A stretch of DNA of 64,000 nucleotides, from NCBI GenBank assembly GCA_965263065.1, contig CBDHGH010000003.1:1564537-1628536 (forward strand). Direction: 5' to 3'. This document shows positions 36,808 to 47,236 of this stretch, piece by piece (positions within the stretch are counted from its first letter, which is position 1; each line of letters begins with the position of its first letter). The DNA is from Dehalococcoidia bacterium. GTDB lineage: Bacteria; Chloroflexota; Dehalococcoidia; Bin125. The position numbers and the translations under genes are program-made. Under the pieces are notes generated by a model. The model saw only the letters and a program-made list of their open reading frames with translations. It was not told where the DNA came from and did not search any database.

Positions 36808-39800
36808 GCGGGCGGCGACGGCGCGCGCAGGGCGTCGGCCAGCCATTCGGCGCTGTGGCGCGGCCGGCGGTCGCTGAACTGCTCGATCTGCTGGCGGCAG
36901 GAGACGCCCGTGATCGCGACGCCCGTCTCCCGCGGCGCGGCGTCGAGGGCGGGGAACAGCCGCTCGGCCCCCATGCGACGCGAGATATCGTAGTGCTCGG
37001 CCTCGAAGCCGAACGAGCCGGCCATGCCGCAGCAGGCGGCGTCGATCAGTTGCGGCCGGTAGCCCGCGATCGAGAGCGCGCGCAGCGTTGGGGTCATGCC
37101 CGCGACCGCCTTCTGGTGGCAGTGGCCGTGCACCAGCAGCGCGTGGCCGCTGGGCCGGAAGCACTCCGCGACCTGGGGATCGCCGTCCAGCGAGGCGACG
37201 AGTTCGTCCAGCAGGACGGCGCGATCGGCGACCAGACGGGCGTCGGGGCCGGGGACCAGTTCGAGCCACTCCTCGCGCAGCGTCAGCAGGCACGAGGGCT
37301 CGGTGCCGACGATGGGCAGACCGCGGGCCGCCAGCGGGCGCAGCGCCTCGACGTTGCGGCGCGCCCAGTCGCGGGCCAGGGGCAGCTGCCCGCGTGAGAT
37401 CGCGGGGCGCCCGCAGCAGGCCCGCCCGGCGACGCGTCGCACGCGATAGCCCAGCGCCTCCAGCACCGCCGTCGCGGCGACGCCGACCTCGGGGTGGAAG
37501 TAATCGGTGAAGCTGTCGTGGAAGAGCACCGCCTCGCCGCGCGGGGCGGGGCCGTCGGGCGTGGTGCGGGCGTCGAACCAGCGCGGGAAGGTCTGGCGGG
37601 CGAAGCGCGGCAGTTGGCGGTCGCGATGCACGCCGCCCCAGCGATGCAGCAGCGCCCGCGCCGGCCGCAGCGTCGCGAGGCGGTTGGCCAGCGGGGCCGT
37701 GCGGCTGCCCCAGCGGCCCAGCGTGCTGACGCGGGCGAAGGCGCGGTCGCGCAGCGGGACGCCGTGCTCGGCGTAGCGCTGACTGAGCACCTCGTACTTG
37801 ATCTTCGCCATGTCGACGCCCGAGGGGCACTCGGCCTTGCAGGCCTTGCACTCGACGCAGAGGTCCAGCGCCTCGGCGATGCGGTCGCCGGTCATGTCGG
37901 CGGCGGGCAAGCCGCCGTTGAGCGCCTGGCGCAGCAGATTGGCTCGCCCGCGCGTGGAGTGCTCCTCGTCGCGGGTGACCATGAAGGAGGGGCACATGGC
38001 GCCGTCGAACTTGCGGCAGGCGCCCTGCCCGTTGCACTGCTCCAGCGCCCCGGCCAGGCCGCCGTCGGCGCGGAAGTCGAGCAGGGTGGCGGGCGTCTCG
38101 TTGACGGTCTCCGGGCCGAGGCGCAGGTTGTCGGCGAAGGGCGGCGTGTCGATGATCTTGCCCGGGTTGAGCAGGCCCTGGGGGTCGAAGGCGCGCTTCA
38201 GGTTGCGGAAGGCGCCGATCAGCGCGGGGCCGAACAGCCGCTCCATGAAGACGCCGCGCACGATGCCGTCGCCGTGCTCGCCGCTGAGGCTGCCGCCGAA
38301 CTCGACGACCAAGTCGGCGATCTGCGAGGCGATCCCGGCGGTCATGGCCAGGCCGTCGGGCCGCTTGAGATTCACCTCCGGGCGGATGTGCAGGCAGCCC
38401 TCGCCGGCGTGGCCGTAGTAGGCGGCGCGCGCGCCGTGCGCCTCCACGATGGCGTCGAAGCGGGCGACGAAGCCAGCCAGCTTCTCCGGCGCGACGGCCG
38501 TGTCCTCGACGAACGCGACCGGCTTGGCGTCGCCCTTGACGCTCATCAGGAGGCCCAGCCCCGCAGTGCGCAGCCGCCACATCGCGGCCTGCTCGGCGGC
38601 GTCGGTGGTGGTGACGGCCGTGGCCGAGAGGCCCCGCGCGTCGAGATCCGCCGTGAGCGCGTCGAGCCGCTCCCGCACGGCAGCGGCGTCGTCGCCGTAG
38701 AACTCCACGACCAGCAGTGCGCCCGGGTCGCCGCGGACGAATGCCGCCAGCGGCGCGAGGCCGGGATGCGCGCGGCAGCGCTCGATGATCGTCGAGCCGA
38801 TCAGCTCGGCCGCCGACGGGCGGTGCGCCAGCACCGGCATCACCGCCTCGGCGGCCGCGACCACGGAGTCGAAGTGCAGGGCGGCCAGGCCGGTGAAGGC
38901 CGGGCTCGGCACGAGGCGCACGGTCGCCTCCGTGACGACGGCGAGCGTGCCCTCGGAGCCCACGATCAGGGGCACAAGGTTGCCGGGATCCCGCAGCACC
39001 GCGTCGAGGTTGTAGCCCGACACCCGGCGCGGGATGTCGGGGAAGCGCCGCCCGATCTCCTCGGCGTGGGCCGTCGCCAGGGCGTCGCTGGCGCGGTAGA
39101 TCGCGCCTTCGAGGTCGGGCCGCGTGCGCTTTTCGGCGAGCGCGGCGGCGTCGAGCGGTGCGAATGTCGCGAGCGAGCCGTCGGCCAGCACGGCCTCAAG
39201 CGCGACGACGTTGTCGGCGGTCTTGCCGTAGAGGCCCGAGTGCGCCCCGCAGGAGTTGTTGCCGATGCCGCCGCCGATCGTCGCGCGGTTCGCGGTCGAG
39301 GGGTCGACGGGGTAGAGCAGGCCGTGCGCGCGGGCGGCGGCGCTGAGCTGCGTCAGCACGACGCCTGGCTGCACGCGGGCCGTGCGCGCCCCGGGGTCGA
39401 TGGAGAGGACGCGGCCCATGTGGGGGGTGAAGTCGAGCACGATGGCGTGATTCACGCCCTGCCCCGCCAGGCTGGTGCCGCCGCCGCGCGGCAGCACCGC
39501 GACCCCGTGCCGCCCCGCGACGCGCAGCACGTGCTGCACGTCGGCCGCCGAGCGCGGGAAGACGACCGCGACGGGCTCCATCTCGTAGATCGAGGCGTCG
39601 GTGGCGTAGAGCAGGCGGTCGGGGCGTTCGGCGCGCACGTCGTTCGCGCCGCCGCTCAGGCCGCCGGCCAGCTCCGCCGCGACGGCGCGCAGCGCGGCGC
39701 CGTCGCCATCGAGCAGGGCCAGCGCCGAGCGCACGGCGTCGTGCGGGCTGTCGGTCGCGCCGCGCAGCACGGGCCGTCGTGGCGAGGCGGAGAGGGTCAT
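36804..39800 (-). CDS. FAD-linked oxidase / 4Fe-4S fusion (GlcD-GlcF / YdiJ-like 2-hydroxyacid dehydrogenase)
   Basis: PRGGGTSL, GSEGTL, SGEHGDG, CNGQGAC, CVECKACKAECP, CCG domains. Confidence 0.92.
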   Translation of the reverse strand: MTLSASPRRPVLRGATDSPHDAVRSALALLDGDGAALRAVAAELAGGLSGGANDVRAERPDRLLYATDASIYEMEPVAVVFPRSAADVQHVLRVAGRHGVAVLPRGGGTSLAGQGVNHAIVLDFTPHMGRVLSIDPGARTARVQPGVVLTQLSAAARAHGLLYPVDPSTANRATIGGGIGNNSCGAHSGLYGKTADNVVALEAVLADGSLATFAPLDAAALAEKRTRPDLEGAIYRASDALATAHAEEIGRRFPDIPRRVSGYNLDAVLRDPGNLVPLIVGSEGTLAVVTEATVRLVPSPAFTGLAALHFDSVVAAAEAVMPVLAHRPSAAELIGSTIIERCRAHPGLAPLAAFVRGDPGALLVVEFYGDDAAAVRERLDALTADLDARGLSATAVTTTDAAEQAAMWRLRTAGLGLLMSVKGDAKPVAFVEDTAVAPEKLAGFVARFDAIVEAHGARAAYYGHAGEGCLHIRPEVNLKRPDGLAMTAGIASQIADLVVEFGGSLSGEHGDGIVRGVFMERLFGPALIGAFRNLKRAFDPQGLLNPGKIIDTPPFADNLRLGPETVNETPATLLDFRADGGLAGALEQCNGQGACRKFDGAMCPSFMVTRDEEHSTRGRANLLRQALNGGLPAADMTGDRIAEALDLCVECKACKAECPSGVDMAKIKYEVLSQRYAEHGVPLRDRAFARVSTLGRWGSRTAPLANRLATLRPARALLHRWGGVHRDRQLPRFARQTFPRWFDARTTPDGPAPRGEAVLFHDSFTDYFHPEVGVAATAVLEALGYRVRRVAGRACCGRPAISRGQLPLARDWARRNVEALRPLAARGLPIVGTEPSCLLTLREEWLELVPGPDARLVADRAVLLDELVASLDGDPQVAECFRPSGHALLVHGHCHQKAVAGMTPTLRALSIAGYRPQLIDAACCGMAGSFGFEAEHYDISRRMGAERLFPALDAAPRETGVAITGVSCRQQIEQFSDRRPRHSAEWLADALRAPSPPA

Positions 39801-39928
39801 CGAGACGGCCTCCTTGCGCGCGGCGGTAACCCGGCCGCTGGCTGCTCACGGTAGGCGGTCGCCGGGCTCCCGGCCTACTGCCGGGGCGGTGGCGGAACCG
39901 CGGCGACGCTGCCGCTATCCTCGGTGTC

Positions 39929-40909
39929 GTGCGATTCATCATCTACGGCGCGGGCGGCATCGGCGGGACCATTGGGGCGCGGCTGTTTCGCAGCGGCCAC
40001 GATGTCCTGCTCATTGCGCGCGGCGCCCATCTGGCCGCGATCCGGGCGCAGGGGCTGCGCTTCGCCTCCCCCGCGCTCGACGAGACGCTGCCGATCCCGG
40101 CAGTCGGCCATCCGGCGGAGGCGGGCCTGCGCGACGCCGACGTCGTGGTGCTGTGCATGAAGAGCCAGCACACGGAGTCGGCGCTGCGCGATCTGGCGTC
40201 GGCGGTTCCGTCCGCGCTGGGGCAGGCACTGCCCGTCGTCTGCTGCCAGAACGGCGTCGCCAACGAGCGCACCGCGCTGCGACGCTTTCAGCACGTCTAC
40301 GGGATGGTCGTCTGGCTGCCGGCCGAGCACCTGCGGCCGGGCGAGGTCGTGACGTTCGCCGAGGCGCCGGGCGGCATGCTCGACGCGGGCCGCTACCCGG
40401 CCGGCGTCGACGCGACGATCACCGAGGTCACGGCGGCGCTCAGCCGCGCCGGTTTCACCTCCGCGCCGGACCCGGCGATCATGCGTCAGAAGTACGCCAA
40501 GCTGCTGGGCAATCTCAGCAACGCCGTCAACGCGGCGGCGGGCGAGGCCCCGCCCGACCTCGCGCGCGTGCTGCGCGAGGAGGCACTGGCCTGCTACGCG
40601 GCGGCCGGCATCGACTGCGCGGGCGTCGAGGAGACGCGGGCGCGCCGGCGCACGGCCGTGAGCGACGGCGACGTGCCGGGCTTCGATCGGCACGGGGGGT
40701 CGTCGTTGCAGAGCGTGCTGCGCGGCACGGGCAACATCGAGGCCGACTACCTGAACGGCGAGATCGTGCAGCTGGGCCGACTGCACGGCGTGCCGACGCC
40801 CGCCAACGCCGTCGCCCAGGAGGCCGGCAATCAGATGGTCCGCGAGGGCCTCAGCGTGGGCGCGATCCCGGTGGCGGAACTATGGCGCCGGGTCGACGCG
40901 ATGTCGTAG
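39929..40909 (+). CDS. Ketopantoate reductase (ApbA/PanE) family protein
   Basis: GAGGIG, QNG, KLLGN, SSLQS, EADYLNGE. Confidence 0.85.
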   Translation: MRFIIYGAGGIGGTIGARLFRSGHDVLLIARGAHLAAIRAQGLRFASPALDETLPIPAVGHPAEAGLRDADVVVLCMKSQHTESALRDLASAVPSALGQALPVVCCQNGVANERTALRRFQHVYGMVVWLPAEHLRPGEVVTFAEAPGGMLDAGRYPAGVDATITEVTAALSRAGFTSAPDPAIMRQKYAKLLGNLSNAVNAAAGEAPPDLARVLREEALACYAAAGIDCAGVEETRARRRTAVSDGDVPGFDRHGGSSLQSVLRGTGNIEADYLNGEIVQLGRLHGVPTPANAVAQEAGNQMVREGLSVGAIPVAELWRRVDAMS

Positions 40910-40955
40910 CCGGCGAGGGCCGTCCCCGGCGGGCCGGAGGCGTGGCCGGCGCGCC

Positions 40956-41399
40956 CTAGTCAGCTTCGGGGTCGGATTCGGCTTCCGATTCGGATTCGGG
41001 TGCATGGTCGCCGCGCACCCGCTCGCGCGCGGTCGTGGCGGCCTCGCCGGCGGCATCCATGCCCTTCTCGGCGGCCTGCCTTGCCGTGTGGGCGGCCTCG
41101 CCGGCGACATCCATGCCCTTTTCGGTCGCCTGCCTCGCCGCGGCGGCGGCCTCGCCGGCGACATCCATGCCCTTCTCGGCCGCCTGCCTCGCCGTGGCCG
41201 CGGCTTCGCCGGCGAGATCCATGCCCTTCTCGGCCGCCTCCCGGGCCTTGCCCGCCATCTCCTCCGCGACGTCCATGCCCTTCCCGGCGGCCTCCCGCGC
41301 CACGCCCACCATCTCCTCCGCGACGTCGGCGCCCTTCGTGGCCGCTTCCTTGGCGGGGCCCTTGCCCAACATGCCCTTGAGTGTGTCGATGAGTTTCAT
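40956..41399 (-). CDS. Small helical repeat protein (six 18-aa repeats, LEA/apolipoprotein-like)
   Basis: KGMDVAGEAAxxARQAAE-type repeats with 54-bp periodicity; acidic ESES tail. Confidence 0.7.
   Translation of the reverse strand: MKLIDTLKGMLGKGPAKEAATKGADVAEEMVGVAREAAGKGMDVAEEMAGKAREAAEKGMDLAGEAAATARQAAEKGMDVAGEAAAAARQATEKGMDVAGEAAHTARQAAEKGMDAAGEAATTARERVRGDHAPESESEAESDPEAD
41020..41345 (-). repeat. 54-bp coding tandem repeat, about 6 units
   Basis: The core tccatgccctt recurs every 54 bp from about 41056 to 41272. Confidence 0.85.
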
Positions 41400-41546
41400 C
41401 GTGATCCCGCTTTCTTATCTGACAGTCTTCGTCCGATCCGGACGGTTCTTGATCTCAGGGTATGCCGCGCGGTGCGGCGCATCAATGCGCGCGCCGCCCG
41501 TCTCGATGCACGGCCGCGACGCCACCCGCCCTGCGCGACCCCGGAA

Positions 41547-42818
41547 TCACTCCGCCGCGTAGACCTCGATCTCGACGGCGCCGGTGTTGCCGGCGCTCGT
41601 CTCGACGGCCTCGAAGCGCAGGCGCTGGGTCGTGAAGTCGACGTCGAAGTAGGACATGTCGGCGGGGCCGGCGAGCGCGAAGGGGCCATGCGTCGCCCCG
41701 TCGTCGCTGACGACCTGGAAGCTGCGGATCTCCGCCGACGTGCCCATCGTGCGGGTCCAGAAGCCGATCCGCACGACCGCCGCCGGCTCGGCCAGCTCGA
41801 TCTCGATCCAGGCGTCGTCGCCGTCGCCGTCCGACGACCACTGCGTGGTGGGGTCGCCGTCGATGGCGCTGTCGCCGCCCCAGCGTTCGTCCAGCGCCGC
41901 GCCGCCGAAGGCGGAACTGACGGCGACGACGCGCGCGCCGTTGTCGAGCGAGGCCAGGTTGTCCTCGGGGCTCCCGCCGCCGGCGCCGCCGTCGAAGCGG
42001 GCGGCCGACGCGAAGGGCTGCCCGGCGTCGACCAGGAAGAGGGAGAGGAAGACGCCGTCCTCGTCGTAGGGGTTGCGCTTCTGGACCTGGACGCCGGGGC
42101 CGATGCTCTCGGTCGTGCCGACGCCGACGCCGGGCGCCTGCTTGAACGCGTTCTGGTAGTCGATGCGACCGGCCGTCACAACGATGAACTCCGGGCCGGG
42201 GTGCGTGTGCACGATGGTCTGCCCGCCGGGCGGCACGGTGACGAGCGCCATCACGGCCAGCGGCAGCGGCGGGATGTCCTGCAGGGGGTCGCTGCGCCAG
42301 GCGAAGGTCGCGGCGGGGGCGTAGTCCGGGGCGGCCTCGTCGGCGGGCGGACGCAGGCGGATGTCCCAGACGGTCGCGGGGCCGTCGCGGGCGCGCAGAT
42401 CGAAGGGCACGCCCGCGTTGACCAGCACGCCCTCCTCGGGGCCGAGGCTGCGCTCCTGGTCGCCCCACTCGACGTCGATGCGGCCCGCGACGACGTAGAG
42501 GAAGCCGGCGGCGCCGCTCCCCTCGACCGCGTCGCCGTCGCCGAGCTCGATCGCGAAGGCCGTCCAGGCGACGGTCGCGCCGGGCTGGGCGTCGAGCAGG
42601 CCCTGCGCGACGGGCGTGGTGGTGGACTGGTCGCCGAGCGCGCCGCCCCCCATCGACAGCGTGCCCGCGCCGGCCTCCGGGGCCGGGCCGTCGTCGCCGC
42701 CGCCATCGTCGCCGTCACCATCGCCGCCGCAGGCGACGAGCGCGAGGGCCGTCGCGATCAGCAGCAGGCGCAGCGCGGTGTGCCCACCGGTGCGGCGCAT
42801 GTTCGAGCGCAGGGGCAT
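41547..42818 (-). CDS. Lipoprotein with tandem cupin-like domains and a C-terminal discoidin (F5/8 type C) domain
   Basis: ALVAC lipobox; HTHPGPE cupin motif; AIDGDPTTQWSS...WIEIEL. Confidence 0.75.
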   Translation of the reverse strand: MPLRSNMRRTGGHTALRLLLIATALALVACGGDGDGDDGGGDDGPAPEAGAGTLSMGGGALGDQSTTTPVAQGLLDAQPGATVAWTAFAIELGDGDAVEGSGAAGFLYVVAGRIDVEWGDQERSLGPEEGVLVNAGVPFDLRARDGPATVWDIRLRPPADEAAPDYAPAATFAWRSDPLQDIPPLPLAVMALVTVPPGGQTIVHTHPGPEFIVVTAGRIDYQNAFKQAPGVGVGTTESIGPGVQVQKRNPYDEDGVFLSLFLVDAGQPFASAARFDGGAGGGSPEDNLASLDNGARVVAVSSAFGGAALDERWGGDSAIDGDPTTQWSSDGDGDDAWIEIELAEPAAVVRIGFWTRTMGTSAEIRSFQVVSDDGATHGPFALAGPADMSYFDVDFTTQRLRFEAVETSAGNTGAVEIEVYAAE

Positions 42819-42977
42819 CGCGGCGCCTTTCGTGTAACGTCGTCCGGCCACGCCACTGGCCCCAGCGTAGCCAGTGACGCGCGCAGGGACCGCAGGCGGG
42901 TCGGAGGCGACGGCTCCGATATCGCGCCAGCGACGCTGCGGGCCTAATCTTCGCACGAAGCCAATGGAGGGCCCCAC

Positions 42978-43916
42978 ATGACCTACGAGGACATCAAGTA
43001 TGAGACCGACGGACGGCTGGCGTTCATCACCCTGAACCGGCCCGAGAAGCTGAACGCGCTGAGCAACAACCTGCGCGGCGAGGTGATCCACGCCATGAAG
43101 GAGGCGGAGGCGACGCGGGAGGTGGGCGTGATCGTCCTGCGGGCCGAGGGGCGCGCCTTCAGCGCGGGCTACGACCTGACGAGCCGGGCGGCGCGGCCGG
43201 ACAGCCCGTACGTGCATCCGCGCTCGCTGCTGCCCGACTCGGGATCGACGCACCCCGGGCCGATGGAGTGGGCGCGGCACGTCGTGGCGACGAACTGGGT
43301 GATCTGGGAGCTGGCCAAGCCGGTGGTCGCGCAGGTGCAGGGCTACTGCCTGGCCGGCGGCACCGAGCTGGCCAGCATCTGCGACTTCCGCATCGTGGCG
43401 GAGAACGCGCAGATCGGCTATCCGCCGGTGCGCGCCATGACGTCGGTGGACATGGTCTGGGCGCCGTGGCACCTGCCGATGGCGAAGGCGCGGGAGTTCG
43501 CCTACGTGGGCGACAGCTTCAGCGGCCGCAAGATGGAGGAGCTGGGCTGGGCGAACTACGCCGTCCAGCCCGACGATCTGGCGTCGTTCACGGAGACGTT
43601 CGCGCGTCGCATGGCGCACATCGACAACGACATGCTGATGTACAGCAAGCGCGCGGTGAACCGTCAGTACGAGGTGATGGGCATCCGCACGGGGCTGTGG
43701 TCGGGGACGGACATCCAGGCGCTCAGCAGCTACCGCCCGGCCGGCTCCGAGTTCAGCACGCGCGTCAAGGAGGAGGGGCTGAAGGCCGCGCTGGAGTGGC
43801 GCGACGGCCCCTTCCGCGACTTCCGCGGCGCCTACGCGTCGGCGCCGAAGGACCGCCCGCTGGCGGGGACCGACGGCGGCGACGGCGCGACCACCGGCGG
43901 CTACGGCTCGACCTAG
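42978..43916 (+). CDS. Enoyl-CoA hydratase/isomerase family
   Basis: LNRPEKLNAL, FSAGYDL, KPVVAQVQGYCLAGG. Confidence 0.92.
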   Translation: MTYEDIKYETDGRLAFITLNRPEKLNALSNNLRGEVIHAMKEAEATREVGVIVLRAEGRAFSAGYDLTSRAARPDSPYVHPRSLLPDSGSTHPGPMEWARHVVATNWVIWELAKPVVAQVQGYCLAGGTELASICDFRIVAENAQIGYPPVRAMTSVDMVWAPWHLPMAKAREFAYVGDSFSGRKMEELGWANYAVQPDDLASFTETFARRMAHIDNDMLMYSKRAVNRQYEVMGIRTGLWSGTDIQALSSYRPAGSEFSTRVKEEGLKAALEWRDGPFRDFRGAYASAPKDRPLAGTDGGDGATTGGYGST

Positions 43917-43932
43917 AGGGGGACGCTGCGCC

Positions 43933-44688
43933 ATGAAACTGACAGGCAAGGTCGCGCTGGTGACGGGCGGGTCGGGCGATATCGGCGGGGCGATCGCGCG
44001 GCGGCTCGGGGCGGCGGGGGCGCACGTCATCGTCACCTACGTGGGGCAGGCGGAGTTCGCCGCCGCGGCCGCGGCCGACATCGAGGCCAGCGGCGGCACG
44101 GCGGCCACGATGCAGCTCGATCAGCGCGACCCGGCCGCGATCGAGGCGTGCCTGGCGGCGGTCGCCGAGGAGCCGGGGCGGCTCGACATCCTGGTCAACA
44201 ACGCGGCCTGGAACATCGGCATCCCCTTCCCCGACCTGGAGGCGCTGACGCCCGACCTGTGGGACCGGGTGCTGGAGACCAACCTGCGCGCGCCGTTCCT
44301 GCTGGCGCGGGCGGGGGCGGCGCTGCTCAAGGCCGGCGGCGGCGGCCACATCGTCAACATCTCCTCGGCGGGGGGCATCGCGCCGGGCAGCAGCAGCATC
44401 GCCTACTCGTCGAGCAAGGCGGGGCTCAACCACCTGACGCGCTGCCTCGCGGTCGCGATGGCGCCGGAGGTGGCGGTGAACTGCATCGCGCCGGGGCTGG
44501 TCGAGGACACGCGCATGGCGAAGCGGCTGCCCCACGCCGTCGCCGAGGGGGCGCGCAGGCAGGCCGTCCTGGGCCGCGTGGGGCAGCTGGAGGACATCGC
44601 CGAGCAGGCCTTCACCTACGTCACATCGACGTCGGTGAGCGGCCAGGTCATGGTCATCGACGGGGGCATGCCCGGCGTCATGCGGTAG
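43933..44688 (+). CDS. SDR family oxidoreductase
   Basis: TGGSGDIG, NNAA, YSSSK. Confidence 0.92.
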   Translation: MKLTGKVALVTGGSGDIGGAIARRLGAAGAHVIVTYVGQAEFAAAAAADIEASGGTAATMQLDQRDPAAIEACLAAVAEEPGRLDILVNNAAWNIGIPFPDLEALTPDLWDRVLETNLRAPFLLARAGAALLKAGGGGHIVNISSAGGIAPGSSSIAYSSSKAGLNHLTRCLAVAMAPEVAVNCIAPGLVEDTRMAKRLPHAVAEGARRQAVLGRVGQLEDIAEQAFTYVTSTSVSGQVMVIDGGMPGVMR

Positions 44689-44732
44689 GTCGCCCGGCGG
44701 GAACGACGGCCGAGCGGAGAGGACACGAGCCG

Positions 44733-45953
44733 ATGAAGATCACGGGCATTGAGACGTTCGTCGTCGACGCGGGCTGGCGGCCGTGGCAGTTCACCGCCGT
44801 CCGCACCGACGAGGGCATCACCGGCTACGGCGAGATGTCGAACACGCGCAACCCGTTCGGGGTCATCGGCACGGTCGGCGAATTCGAGCCGATCCTGCTG
44901 GGCCAGGATCCGCTGGCCGTCGAGCAGCGCTACTGGGACATGTACCGGATGGCGCTCCAGAGCCCGGGCGGCATCGCGGCCAAGGCGATCGCCGGGGTCG
45001 AGCTGGCGCTGTGGGACATCAAGGGCAAGGCGCTGGGCGTGCCGGTGTACTCCCTGTTCGGCGGCCCCACGCGCGCGCGGCAGCAGGTCTATTGGTCGCA
45101 CTGCGGCACCTCCCGCGCCGGCAACCACGCGCTGATCGGCGCGCCGCCGCTGCGCAGCCTCGACGATGTCCGCGCCCTGGGCGTCGAGGCGCACGAGCGG
45201 GGCTTCCGCGCGCTCAAGACCAACATCGTGTTCCCCGGCGACCCGGCGGAGGTGTACGGCCTCGGCTTCGGCGTGGGCGCCGGCACGACCGACCTCAACA
45301 TCACGCCGTCCCTGCTGCGGCACATCGAGGAGTACATCGGCGCGTTCAAGGAGGGGGCCGGGCCGGACGTGGAGATTGCGCTGGACCTCAACTTCAACTT
45401 CAAGCCGCTGGCGGCGCGGCAGATCTGCCAAGTGCTGGAGCCGCTCGACATGCTGTGGGTCGAGATCGACATGTACGACCCGGAGGCCCTGGCCGAGGTG
45501 AAGAACTCGACCTCGGTGCCGATCACGTCGGGCGAGAACCTCATCGGGCTGCGCGAGTACCGGCCCTACTTCGAGGCGCGCTCGATGGACACCGTGATGA
45601 TCGACGTGCCCTGGAACGGCTTCGCCCGCTCGCGCGACGTGGCCATGGCGGCCGAGAGCTACGAGTTGAACGTCGCGCCGCACAACTACTACTCGCACTT
45701 GGCGTCGATGCACGGGCTGCACCTCTGCGCGACCGTGCCCAACGTGCGGATCATGGAGATCGACGTCGACGACGTGCCCTGGAAGGACGACCTGACCGGC
45801 GGCCCGCTGGAGATCACGAACGGCGAACTCGCGCTGCCGACCGCGCCGGGCTGGGGCATCGACCTCGACGAGGATGTGGCGCGCGCCCACGCCTGGGAGC
45901 CCGGACGCGGCCCCGGCTACCGATGGGGCCGTCGCTGGGATGCGCCGCGCTGA
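44733..45953 (+). CDS. Mandelate racemase/enolase superfamily protein
   Basis: ELALWDIKGK, LKTN, LDLN, WVE, SGE, APHN. Confidence 0.88.
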   Translation: MKITGIETFVVDAGWRPWQFTAVRTDEGITGYGEMSNTRNPFGVIGTVGEFEPILLGQDPLAVEQRYWDMYRMALQSPGGIAAKAIAGVELALWDIKGKALGVPVYSLFGGPTRARQQVYWSHCGTSRAGNHALIGAPPLRSLDDVRALGVEAHERGFRALKTNIVFPGDPAEVYGLGFGVGAGTTDLNITPSLLRHIEEYIGAFKEGAGPDVEIALDLNFNFKPLAARQICQVLEPLDMLWVEIDMYDPEALAEVKNSTSVPITSGENLIGLREYRPYFEARSMDTVMIDVPWNGFARSRDVAMAAESYELNVAPHNYYSHLASMHGLHLCATVPNVRIMEIDVDDVPWKDDLTGGPLEITNGELALPTAPGWGIDLDEDVARAHAWEPGRGPGYRWGRRWDAPR

Positions 45954-45981
45954 GCCCGCAGCGCCACGGCGCCGGGCGACG

Positions 45982-47055
45982 CTACGGCGCGTCCGCGCCC
46001 TCCGGGCGCCGCTTGGGCTGCACCTTCCCGACCGAGATCAGCGACTCGACGCAGTCGCGCAGCGACTCGTCGAAGGGGCGGAAGCTGGCATCCGTCACGG
46101 AGCGGATGCGGTCGTTGCGCAACTCGCAGCCGGCCCAGATGGCGCGCAACTCCGCCTCGCGCTTCTGGACGCGCTCCGGGAAGGGATCGGTGACCGGCGG
46201 CGTGTCGTGGCGCAACTCCGGCAGCAGCCGGTCGATGCTGGCGCAGATGTCCTCCACTTTGTGCGTCTCGGCGGCCCAGGCGATGTAGCGTTCGCCGTTC
46301 TCGATCAGCACGCTCTCCAGCAGGCGGATGTGGCACTCCGCGTCGTCGCGGACGTCGACGGTCATCCAGGGCCGGTAGGCGCCGGTCTGTTCGTACTCGC
46401 CGAGCAGCATGTTGCGGATGTGCCGTTGCCAGGGCCCCATCTCCTGCTGATGGGCGGACTGGATGGGGCCCACGTTGTCGGAGGGGCAGCAGGTGATGGC
46501 GTCCCAGCCGCCGTGCGCGGCGGCGGCGTCGGAGAAGACGCGCTGCGCCAGCACCTTGCCCATCGAGTAGCCCACCCGCGAGGGCGCGCGCTTGGGGTTG
46601 CTTTCGTCCGGGTAGCGGTCCTCGTACAGCACGGGACGACGCTTGAATTCGTTGATGTCGACTTCGTCGAGCACGGCCGCGATGCTCGACGTGACGATGA
46701 CCCGCTGCACGCTGCCCGAGTTGTTGACGCTGGTGATGATGTGGTCGCAGACGCGCCGCACGTACTCGAGGTCCTTGTAGTCGCTGACGTGCGAGACGTG
46801 GCAGACGCCGTGGCAGCCCTTGAAGATCTCGTCGAAGCAGCCGTCGTTGTCGAGGTCGGCGGAGTGCACGGTCAGGCGGCCCGAGGCGTAGCCCGGCATC
46901 TCCTTGAGGAAAGTCGTGCGGTTGGGGTCGTCGGCGTTGCGGACGCAGGCGCGCACGCGATAGCCCTTGTCGAGCAGCAGCCGCACGACCCAACTGCCGA
47001 TGAATCCGGCCGCGCCGGTCACGGCGACGGTTCCTGCCTTGGGGACTGGCGGCAT
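45982..47055 (-). CDS. NAD-dependent epimerase/dehydratase (dihydroflavonol reductase-like extended SDR)
   Basis: TGAAGFIGSW, TSSIAA, YSMGK, VDVRD. Confidence 0.88.
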   Translation of the reverse strand: MPPVPKAGTVAVTGAAGFIGSWVVRLLLDKGYRVRACVRNADDPNRTTFLKEMPGYASGRLTVHSADLDNDGCFDEIFKGCHGVCHVSHVSDYKDLEYVRRVCDHIITSVNNSGSVQRVIVTSSIAAVLDEVDINEFKRRPVLYEDRYPDESNPKRAPSRVGYSMGKVLAQRVFSDAAAAHGGWDAITCCPSDNVGPIQSAHQQEMGPWQRHIRNMLLGEYEQTGAYRPWMTVDVRDDAECHIRLLESVLIENGERYIAWAAETHKVEDICASIDRLLPELRHDTPPVTDPFPERVQKREAELRAIWAGCELRNDRIRSVTDASFRPFDESLRDCVESLISVGKVQPKRRPEGADAP

Positions 47056-47236
47056 TGACGTTCTCTCTTCCTGGTGTGGCGTCTTCGGGTCTTCGCAGGA
47101 GCGAAGCACCCAGGCATGCTAATCGAACTGGGCCCTGTGGGCATCCGCGCGGGGCGGGGCCGGGCGCGAGCGCTATCCTCATGCGGGCCCTCGCGAGGGG
47201 GCCGGGCGGTCGCGGAGCAGCGGGAAGCGAGGAACG

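Noticed and set aside
33313-38580. 1755-aa ORF, and other very long ORFs such as 45917-48925, 14052-16781, 29236-31827 and 61346-63844
   Set aside because: Shadow frames from high GC content: Arg/Pro/Ala-rich, no motifs, overlapping well-supported genes. Only 33313-34950 of the first is real.
41020-41345. 54-bp periodic repeat as a CRISPR array
   Set aside because: The units are in-frame coding repeats without unique spacers, and there are no cas genes.
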